DNA from: Eledone cirrhosa
Lineage: Eukaryota
Length of the DNA: 64,000 nt
Direction of reading: 5' to 3'
NCBI GenBank assembly: GCA_964016885.1
Contig: OZ024746.1
Coordinates: forward strand, 48,918,001 to 48,982,000
The notes beneath the pieces were generated by a model, which did not search any database, was not told where the DNA came from, and saw only the letters and a list, made by a program, of their open reading frames with translations. The position numbers and the translations under genes were made by a program. Positions 52,666 through 64,000 of this stretch are shown one piece after another; within the stretch, counting starts at the first letter, position 1, and each line of letters begins with the position of its first letter.

Positions 52666-54192
52666 TGTCGGGAAAAACCAAAAGATCAAAGCTTTACAAA
52701 TGAATTCATGTTTATCAGGCTAGACACTATCTTGGCAGTCATAAATGCAGTGATCCGATAATTGACATTTGAGAACCTGTAACCAACCAAGCCTTCGTTC
52801 ACGAAAAGAATAAAAAGCTTAATTCATTCATCTTTGCTCTTTCAACGGTTAGTGATCGAGAAAATGAATAACAACAATATATAGTGGATGAAGTTCACTT
52901 TAGTGTGTTTCATTTTATTTGGTTAAGTACCGTATGGAAGTTTGTGTCTATGTGTATGTGTTTCTGTCCATTTCTATCACTCTCTATCTTTCTTATTCAT
53001 ACAATCTCATAAATAGATCCGACAGCATTAGCTAACTGCCAGATATGTCATAGATGTCCCATTAAATTCATATTTCAATTTGAATCAAAGCCAAAAGAGA
53101 TAAAATTAAAATTTAAAAGTTGGAATCTTTAAGCTTAACTTATCAAGATTATGAAAAACAATTGAGCTACAGGAAGAGCTACAATAAGACGATGACATTG
53201 ATAAAAGCAAATCAAAGAAGTGCTGATGTACTGAATTACTGATACAAACATTCATTTGCGTTCTTAATGAAATATATCTCTTAGAAAGAAAATAAATAAA
53301 AGAAAAGCTAGCAGCAATATTTAACGACTGACAAATTAAAAATAATAAAAAAATAGATAATTTCGAAATATTGACTTTAAAATCTTTGATTTTCATATTT
53401 AATAGAAAATTGACTTTGAAAATTTATTTTTCATATTTAATGAAAAATGTTATCTTTGTAAGCGGGAACGACGACAGAGACTGACAAGATTTCTTCCTAT
53501 TAGACCTCGCCAGATAAGCATACTTTGCATGAACACACTTGTTTTGAGGAAACAAATCTTTATATATAGGGAAAAGGGTTACGAATATTTTGGGCCAGCC
53601 GTAATTCGCATAATGTTAAACACTCTTCATCTAAAGTAAATAACGCAAATGATCTAATAGCATGGGTTAATATGAATAATGTATGTATAGTCTACTTACA
53701 TGGTTGATAACTATAGCTCGTATTACTTTTCTTTCTGGTGTTTTATAATTTCTAAATTATTAATTTTTGATATGGGTCACAGTCATCTAGAACTAGTACT
53801 TATATAAGGAAGATCGAAAGTGAATTCCTCTTTGGGATCCTGCAACTCTGAACATAAAATAAGCAATTAAATGCTACATATCATTTCAGGAGCCAACAAA
53901 GGAGCCACTACACGATTATTCGATCTGTTAGAAATACCACTTGTAATAATGAATCAATAGTCCATGGTAATTTCCAGGAAGGCTAACTTTTACATTGTCT
54001 TTAATTCTCTGGTCGTTATTTCAGTTATGTTTCGCCTATAATTACAACGAACGTGAAACTTACGAACGGTATTCCAAACGTTCGCCGAATTGAATAGACG
54101 CTAATCACTGGAAATATGTATTGATAAAACACAAATACCTGATTTTATATATCCCAGTTTCATGTGATAAGTAAAATATTTATTGATTTGTC

Positions 54193-54348
54193 AGAGAGAG
54201 AGAGAGAGAAAGATGAGAGAGGGAGAGAGAGAGAAAGATGAGAGAGGGAGAGAGAGAGAAATATGAGAGAGGGAGAGAGAGAGAAAGATGAGAGAGGGAG
54301 AGAGAGAGAAAGATAATGACAGAGAGAGAGAGAGAGAGAGAGAGAGAA
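54193..54348. repeat. (GA)-rich repeat with a higher-order unit of about 24 bp
   Basis: AAAGATGAGAGAGGGAGAGAGAGA repeated. Confidence 0.9.
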
Positions 54349-54787
54349 GCGAGGGGCAATTTTGAATTCGTATGACTTAAGTTATGTATCAAGGAAATCC
54401 AAGAAAAGTAGTAAATGAATTTATTACATTTCTAAATAGAATCAGCCTTGAGATTGCTAATATTTAACACAGATACCGATGCGATTATGAAATTTTAGAA
54501 ATACGTTTTATATCAGATCTTCAGTTATACATGTATCGCATTAGCCATTTATGAATGGACGTCTAGTTGAATAAATAGTCTTTAAATAATTTAATAAATA
54601 AGGCTAAATTAATGTTCGTTGTTCTTTTTTGCGGTATTAGTAAGTAATTAAAATAAATCTTTTGATTGATGGCAATAAAATTTAGAAGCCACAAACTTTT
54701 AAGTAATTCTGTCATGTATAGAACTAAAGTCTTAAAAGATAAACAATAGCATTTAATATTAGACAAGGACTATATAATGAGTCTATA

Positions 54788-54950
54788 TACATACATACAT
54801 GGTGGCTGCCAACTCGTTTTCGAGTACGGCCACTACTTTGTATCCATGTAGGAGAACCCCTACCGATGCGCTGAACGAGTGTGACTTTTTAGTCCAGCCA
54901 GCGACTTGAAAACTCTGGTACAAACACTACACTTGTGACAATTATTGACA
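54788..54950 (-). mobile_element. 5'-truncated 3' end of the RTE-like element
   Basis: Reverse complement of about 23295-23460 including the (TATG)n tail. Confidence 0.75.
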
Positions 54951-54954
54951 CATG

Positions 54955-55135
54955 CCTTGCTCATACAGGAACTGATTTGGCTTGATTTCTACAGCTGGAT
55001 GCCCTTCCTAACACCAACCTCATTTACAGTGAGTGCTGGATGCTTTTTCGTGGCGCCTACATGTCCACTTTACAGTGTGGGCTGGGTGCTTTTTTGCAGT
55101 GGCACCTCCACGACCACTTTGCAGTGGGAGGGTGT
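54955..55135 (-). mobile_element. SINE fragment
   Basis: CTACAGCTGGATGCCCTTCCTAACACCAACC, a motif common in invertebrate SINE bodies. Confidence 0.45.
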
Positions 55136-55221
55136 GGGGGCATATTGTCTATAAGCTTCAGCTTGTACCCATGGGAGGTATATATATTTATGTATATGTA
55201 TAAATATATATATATATGTAT

Positions 55222-55271
<50 letters not shown>

Positions 55272-55282
55272 GATATATATAT

Positions 55283-55487
55283 ATAGGAACGAGTAGGACC
55301 CCGACGGCTGAGCTCAAGCCGTTTCGACGGCTAATTCTGGCTAATAGATTCCAGAATTAGCCGTCGAAACGGCTTGAGCTCAGCCGTCGGGGTCCTACTC
55401 GTTCCTATTACCCACTCTACTACCCTAAGTATTGAGTACTTTGGTGCGTTATGGTCCACTTGGTTCCTTACCACATTTCCTTCGTTA
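55283..55487 (+). mobile_element. Short palindromic pLTR fragment (55283-55408) plus tail, same family as the 60.5-64 kb PLE
   Basis: Arms of about 55 bp; sequence matches 62555-62690; (TA)n flanks. Confidence 0.8.
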
Positions 55488-55580
55488 TATATATATATAT
55501 ATATATATTACATATCTGTTACAGAAACATATGTCAATACCTAATAAATTCCTTTATAAAACCACTTTCATTTTATATTC

Positions 55581-55695
<115 letters not shown>

Positions 55696-55940
55696 ATATA
55701 TATATATATATATTATTATCATTATTATTTGTGGTATATAAATGTTGAGATTTGATGAAATAAATCACTACCAATACTGGAATTGAAATATCAAGACCGT
55801 AGAGGTATGTCATATATCAAATAATATATTTTATCTGTCGAGGACATACTGGAAAAAAAAACAACACAGTACCTTCGAAATATATATAATAAAGCATATA
55901 TTTTGATTATGTGAATATCTTCATTTGTTAATATTTTGAA

Positions 55941-55997
<57 letters not shown>

Positions 55998-56004
<7 letters not shown>

Positions 56005-56186
56005 AGATCAAAAGATGGTTAATGAGTTCCATGTATTTTATTATGCGCATTTCAACCATCAACGATTCAACTCATTTAACCATCTTTTGATCTTATATAT
56101 TATGTATACTCCAGTCCTACAAACTGTAGAGTGCTTCTTATCCGATATCTGCATTGCTTTATTGTACTACAATAAAACTCACCTCC

Positions 56187-56190
<4 letters not shown>
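55998..56190 (+). mobile_element. Truncated second copy of the 45216-45625 fold-back element
   Basis: Same outer arms and tail, centre missing. Confidence 0.75.
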
Positions 56191-56236
<46 letters not shown>

Positions 56237-56323
56237 TCAATGCGTTACAAAAGCTACCTTGCATACCGCATCGCGTATGGCTGTATTTACGTGAATTAGA
56301 TTAAATCAATTAGATCTCAGTAT

Positions 56324-56508
56324 TGTTTCTACTTTAGGCACAAGGCCAGCAATGACCCAGTGCATTACTGGTACTTTATTATATCGACCCCGTAAGTATG
56401 AAAGGCAAAGTTAACCTCGGCGGGATTTGAACTCAGATCGTAAAGGGACGTAACTATGCTGGAAAGCATGGCGTCCGACCCTCTACCGATACTGCCAATC
56501 CACCGCCC
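56324..56508 (-). mobile_element. Full-length MetaSINE-like SINE with 14-bp TSD
   Basis: TSD TTAGATCTCAGTAT at 56310-56323 and 56509-56522. Confidence 0.9.
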
Positions 56509-57160
56509 TTAGATCTCAGTATAGTCATTAGACAAGTATAAAGACACTCTAGTAAGAAATTCAGGCAAGCTGTGAAAGATTTCTGACCTACAGAGTACCG
56601 TTACAATATATGATGTTGGAAACCCACGCTGTACCTAACACATAGTTTTATAATCTCATCAATCACACCAAAGGCAACCAATGTCTGCTCCGACAAATTT
56701 CTATCGATTTAGAACCATACATTGTATTTTAGTCAACAAAGCTATTGACACAGATAAATGATATAGAGGGAAATTTTTCATGAGACGCCAAAATATGTAT
56801 AAATTATTAAGTTAAATTCGATATATATATTAGCATATTTAACACGATTTAGTTTAGTTTTGAGATTCTCAAATTACATCGTTACAAAATATGAGGTGGT
56901 AACTGTTGTAGCTAGAGTTATCAAATATTAACACAAGAAGGCGTCACATAAGTTATAATTTATCCAAAGTCACGACGCATCGCTTAGTATATTGGTAGGG
57001 CCGCACGAAAGTCCGATAATCTATACAAACATATTTATGTTCACCCCAAACATTCACACAAACACATATTTTAGAAAAATAAAAAAATTCAAATGTAACG
57101 GGACAACCACATTGTGTTAGATCTGTTTTAGAGATAGAAATTTAATATTTTCCCCATTCT

Positions 57161-57235
<75 letters not shown>

Positions 57236-57669
57236 GTTGACAATATGGTCAATAGTCTAACAACAGCTATGTACGTCTTTCTACCACCAGACAAAATAAA
57301 CAGTATCTATCTATCTAACTGGAATACAAACTAAATCATATTACATTAACTACAAAAAATTTAATATAATCGATATAGGACATAGAAATTACCAAATTGA
57401 GACAGAAAAACATCATACCTACTGATGGGAATCGAACAACTTATTTATTCTTAACTGAAAAGTCACACTAAACATTTACATTACAATGCACCCATCATTT
57501 CTAAATAGTAACTGAAAGTGTCTGTCACAAATACCGTCATTACATTTATTTTTTTGCGCAAAAGTAGTGCTTAAAAAAAATCTCTAATACATATATATGT
57601 GTGTGTGTGTATGAGTGTGTGTATGAGTGTGTGTCTGCGTCTGTGTATGTATTTATATACATATATATA

Positions 57670-57729
57670 TATACATAAATATAGGTATGTATACGTACAT
57701 ACATATATGTATACACACGTACAGTAGTA

Positions 57730-57794
<65 letters not shown>

Positions 57795-58103
57795 GACATG
57801 CACACATATATATATGTACGTATGGATTCACCGAACATTTATTATAATGCTCGGTGTTTGTAAACAAACATCCCAAATTAAGCCGTACAGTGTCTAGCAA
57901 CCATCGTTGCTCATTTGTTCCACACTGACAAAGGAACGCTGTACTAGTTTCAAGCTTATTAGCTATCGTCAGCAACGTATACCTTCCTGCCAGATGATTG
58001 AACGTCTGAAAGTATATACTTTCCTTATGTTTGTTTACAAACACACCGAACATTATAATAAATGTTCGGTGAATCCATACGTTCATATATATATGTGTGC
58101 ATG

Positions 58104-58179
<76 letters not shown>

Positions 58180-58600
58180 CTACTGTACGTCTGTATACAT
58201 ATATGTATGTACGTATACATACTTATATTTAAGTAACAGCCGTACTAAGAGTGGGAAATGAAATTTCGTTTCGTTTTTTCCGTTTATCGTTTTCGGTACC
58301 CCGGCCGATTAACTCACTCGATATGCAAATTAGGCTGCTCAGCCTTTAATATGCATAAGGAAAGTATATACTTTCAGACGTTCAACCATCTGATAGGAAG
58401 GTATACGTTGCTGACAATAGCTAATAAGCTTGAAACTAGTACAGCGTTCCTTTGTCAGTGTTGAACAAATGAGCAACGATGGTTGCTAGACACTGTATGG
58501 CTTAATTTGGGATGTTTGTTTACAAACACACCGAGCATTATAATAAATGTTCGGTGAAACCATACGTACATATATATATATGTTTTCATGTATGTATATA
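57670..58600. repeat. Nested inverted repeats, probably another pLTR fold-back family
   Basis: About 57805-58032 is inverted at about 58354-58580; about 57675-57870 is inverted at about 58030-58230. Confidence 0.7.
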
Positions 58601-59139
58601 TATATATATATATATATATGTAAATATGATAATAATGGAGCTGCGGCGCTGCAAAAGGGTTACATATGAAAAAGTTTGTCCTCATCAGTGGCCTTCCAAC
58701 CGTCGTAGGCATTTCGTCGCATTAAAGGCCATATACCTCAGGTTGGTGCGAGCAACGGCTAAAAAAAGTCGTTGGGACACGTAAATAAAGGGGACGCTAG
58801 GGTAAACAGACAAAATGGTTTAAGCAGCAGAAAGTGATAAAGAAGAAACAAGTCCCAGATTTCTATGAATATAAATTCGGTGGAATCGTGAACGAGAGAA
58901 TAAAGGCCATCAAACCAGGTTGAAATGTGAGCAAGGAAGGAATTTCGCACAGGTCTAACGGGAGGAAGAAGGGGTATATGCATACTACTGTACGTCTGTA
59001 TACATATATGTATGTAGGTATACATACTTATATTTAAGTAACAGCCGTACTAAGAGTGAGAAATGAAATTTCGTTTCATCTTTTCCGTTTATATATACAA
59101 ATATATGTATGCATATGTATATATATATATATATATATA

Positions 59140-59813
<674 letters not shown>

Positions 59814-60439
59814 GAATAATCGAGTATCGAAAAATCGGCGCACGAGTTCACGATAAACAAAATTCGAGATGAGCGGCAGAGGGCTCTATAATTCAAATAA
59901 ATCAGAGCTATAACTATCGTTAAAATACCGTCACACGTAGAATATGTCTACAATCAACCAAATAACCGAAAAGTTCGATATGGAAGATTCGGGACACTCA
60001 GATAAATTATCAATAAATCAATAAATGAAATGAATGTAAAAAGCATACCCAGACCCACTAGTGAGATGGAATATCTAGCTTCTTGGGTTTCTGTAAATCC
60101 TTAAACCGTCATCTATCAGCTCACATAAAAATATAAGACTTACAGACAAACGGGGGACTGGAGTTACTTCATCAACGAGCTTTGTCCGAATGGATGAAAA
60201 GACAAGACCCAGGCTAAAAATACGCACATGGATTTCAGCAAGGGAGATAACCTTTATATCCGCAAAAATATTCGGAAAAATGTGGCAAAAACACATATCG
60301 AATAAGAGTGCTCAATAGACATGTTAAAATAAACAGGGGCTATTCATCATTTAATAGAATCGACAAAAAATGAAGAATAAAATTAACTGGTCAATAGCTA
60401 AGTCTAGAGCTAAATATACATATATACATATAAATATAC

Positions 60440-60520
<81 letters not shown>

Positions 60521-60525
<5 letters not shown>

Positions 60526-63500
60526 CGAAGGAAAAGTGGTAAGGAACCAGGTGGACCATAACGCACCAAAGTACTCAATACTTAGGGTAGTAGAGTGGGT
60601 AATAGGAACAAATAAGACCCCGACGGCTGAGCTCAAGCCGTTTCGACGGCTAATTCTGTACTGAATGAAAATTTATTCTGGTATTTAAATAGCCGAACTT
60701 ATCAAGGGGTAATTCCATATATGGTCAAAGAGATAATCACCAGGATTGGTCACATCACAAGTTAGTAGTAAATCTGTGATGGCAAGTTGGTAGGGGAAGG
60801 GGTAGCTAAACCGGCCGGTAGGAGAAAAAGGGAGAGGGGGTGGAGTAGACCCATTCATGCGTTGGTAGTGCCAGCTACAGCTGAGTGTGAGGTCAAAGAG
60901 GATACTGGGGACGGGGAGGGGGGAGGTCGAAACGGTAAGTAGAACAATGAAAGGTAAAACTATAAAAGGTACTGAGAGAGAAAAAAAAAGCAAAATCTGG
61001 TTACTAAGACATAAGTCTCTCACTAAAGCTAGGCTAAAGAAATACATAAATAAATAAATAAGCAAATAAGTGAAAGAATAGATAAATAAATAAAAAAAAA
61101 TATATATATATATATATATAATGTAGAATAAAAAAATAAATAATAATAATAGAAATAAACTAGGTGGGACGGAAATAAAGGGACCCTTATACGAGGTATA
61201 AGTGCGTGTATCGTACGGTGACGGGTCAATAAAGGGGGGGGGGGGGCAGAACACTAAAGAGACTACCACGAAAATAATAAAGGTTTCTACCCCAATCACA
61301 GGGCCAGCAACCACCCAGTGCAAGAAAGTAAACTAGTACGAGAATATAATTCAGGGTCCCGCAAAAAAATACTAGTGCTAACTCTAAGGGTACCGCCACG
61401 AAACAAAAAGTCTTATACAAGCTACATGAAAGATCGTACGAAGTAAAAATGAATACAGGAACACCCCCCCCCCAAAAAAAAAGGGAAAAAGTAGAAAGAA
61501 ATACTGGATAAACGAGAAATTAAAGCAAAGATGCCACTCACTAAGAAATATAGAAGGCACGGAAAAAAGGCACAGCGGTCGGAGAAGGGGGCGAGTATCC
61601 GAAGTCTAACACCTCTGCTATAAAAAGAGAGGTCAGCCAAATCTATCATAGAATAGGGGAGGGGGTGGGGGTGCTGAAGCTACAAGGGACCGATGGGCTA
61701 CCTCGGGTGGGCGAGAAAAAGACGTAGGATTGGGGGGGGTGGGGTGTTCCTGTATTAATTTTTACTTCGTACGATCTTTCATGTAGCTTGTATAAGACAT
61801 TTTGTTTCGTGGCGGTACCCTTAGAGTTAGCACTAGTATTTTTTTGCGGGACCCTAAATTATATTCTCGTACTAGTTTACTTTCTTGCACTGGGTGGTTG
61901 CTGGCCCTGTGATTGGGGTAGAAACCTTTATTATTTTCGTGGTAGTCTCTTTAGTATTCTGCCCCCCCCCCCCTTTGTTGACCCGTCACCGTACGATACA
62001 CGCACTTATACCTCGTATGAGGGTCCCTTTATTTCCGTCCCACCTATTTTATTTCTATTATTATTATTTATTTTTTTATTCTACATTATATATATATATA
62101 TATATATATTTTTTAAATTTATTTATCTATTCTTTCACTTATTTGCTTATTTATTTATTTATGTATTTCTTTAGCCTAGCTATAGCGAGAGACTTATGTC
62201 TTAGTAACCAGATTTTGCTTTTTTTTTTTCTCTCTCAGTACCTTTTATAGTTTTACCTTTCATTGTTCTACTTACCGTTTCGACCTCCTCCCCCTCCCCC
62301 TCCCCAGTATCCTCTTTGACCTCACACCCAGCTGTAGCTGGCACTACCAACGCATGAATGGGTCTACTCCACCCCCTCTCCCTTTTTCCCCTACCGGCCG
62401 GTTTAGCTACCCCTTCCCCTACCAACTTGCCATCACAGATTTACTACTAACTTGTGATGTGACCAATCCTGGTGATTATCTCTTTGACCATATATGGAAT
62501 TACCCCTTGATAAGTTCGGCTATTTAAATACCAGAATAAATTTTCATTCAGTACAGAATTAGCCGTCGAAACGGCTTGAGCTCAGCCGTCGGGGTCTTAT
62601 TTGTTCCTATTACCCACTCTACTACCCTAAGTATTGAGTACTTTGGTGCGTTATGGTCCACCTGGTTCCTTACCACATTTCCTTCGTTATCTAGCTCCTA
62701 TCCCCGTAGTAGAGCACTTTCCGACCTTACCACACCGTATCCAGACTTTTCCTCTAAGCTCAATTTCTTTCACCCGCACCATGCGAAAACACAATATCGA
62801 CTTCTCTACCAAGAACATCCCAATCCCACCGAAAAAACTTTACCTTCGGATGCTCACGCAAAAAATCGATCTATTTGCGAAAAGACTTAGATGGAGAACT
62901 TTTTTCTACGACAGATGCTGCGACAATCAGGACTTCGGTACCAAGGAGAGATTCGGATTTATTACCTACAAATCTCCCCCCCCCCCCCCGAACCCTTTGC
63001 TCTCACCCTTCGAGAATGACCTCTTCCAACTGGTCAAGAACCTTAAATTCAAACCCAGACACAACCGATTCCTACAAAAACTCCGTAGCAACTTAACAGA
63101 GTATGATAATACCAATGACATCATGGTGCATTCGGATAAAACTGGGATGGGAACCTATACTTTGTCAACCCCGACAGATACCACACACTGATCAGGAGCA
63201 GCCTAAACTCCACCTATAAAAAGGCTAACCACTCATGCATCGAGGACATTAATCGAGATGGACAACAAATTACCTCTAGCCTCGGGGTCGCCGACCGCAC
63301 CGAACCCCTAGACCCACGGACACCCTACTTCACACTGAAGGACCACAAATCCGATTTCGACCGTAAACCATCTATCAGGCTTATAAACCCAACTAAGTCC
63401 GACATAGGGAGAATCAGCAAAAAAATCTTAGACCACGTGATACCAAAAGTCAAGCAACACGCCTGACTTAGCCTATGGATCAACACCTAGGAAGTTATCT

Positions 63501-64000
63501 CATGGTTCAGCAATTTGGAGGATAAACGAGACACTAAATTTATCCAGTTCGACATAGAGAGCTACTATGCTTCAATCACCTTACCGCTACTTACTGCCGC
63601 CTTGGACTTCGCCGAAGCACTTGTACCCATCACCGACCAGGAAAGAAAAATCATCCTCCACGCCAGGAAGACAGTCTTACTCTTTGACAACTCCAAATGG
63701 ATAAAAAGAGCTCCTGACTCACCCTTCGACGTCAGCATGGGCGCTACGGATTCGGCGGAGGTCACAGATCTTATAGGATTATTCCTTATAGCCAAACTCA
63801 CCGATATGTTTCCTGCTTTCGGTGGTGGATTGTACCGTGATGATGCGCTCCTTACCCTTAAAGGGTACAACCCCAGTAGTACAGATCGGGTCCGCAAACA
63901 ATTAATCAGCTTCTTCCGCGACTGGGGATTTAAAATAACCCTACAAACGTCCCTGACCCGAGTTAATTTCCTGGACGTTACCCTCGATCTCAATAATGAC
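60521..64000 (+). mobile_element. Penelope-like element: inverted pLTR (60521-61470), sense pLTR (about 61735-62690), then ORF running off the window
   Basis: About 950-bp inverted arms directly upstream of the PLE ORF. Confidence 0.88.
62781..64000 (+). pseudogene. PLE ORF N-terminus plus RT, disrupted, truncated by the window edge
   Basis: MRKHNIDFSTKNIPIP..RLRW, TLKDHK, RLINPTKSDIG, FIQFDIESYYASI, FDVSMGATDSAEV, GLYRDD; frameshift at about 63150 and stops at about 63465-63490. Confidence 0.85.

Noticed and set aside
60685-62250. Hydrophobic membrane-protein-like ORFs
   Set aside because: T-rich pLTR sequence; frames differ between the two arms

Overview
AT-rich, microsatellite-dense eukaryotic DNA made almost entirely of transposable elements. 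The repeat repertoire suggests a cephalopod such as Octopus (inference). From 5 to 18 kb, three R4/Dong-like RLE LINEs and one internally deleted Tx1-like L1 element are stacked in one (TAA)n tract. A near-full-length Tx1-like copy lies at 46.3-52.2 kb. The window also holds five Penelope-like (PLE; RT and/or GIY-YIG) insertions, a non-autonomous Helitron, RTE-derived pieces and several tRNA-derived SINEs. The most striking structure is a family of fold-back (inverted-repeat) elements, about 0.1 to 5 kb long, embedded in (TA)n. Their arms carry minimal hammerhead ribozyme (HHR) motifs (CUGANGA...GAAA-N-tetraloop, usually palindromic-N-UA) in both polarities, and one variant lacks helix II. No secure host gene is seen; one candidate first exon lies at about 52.5 kb on the minus strand. 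Most short ORFs in the track are microsatellite or antisense artefacts. All calls come from reading the sequence by eye, with no database searches, and boundaries are approximate.
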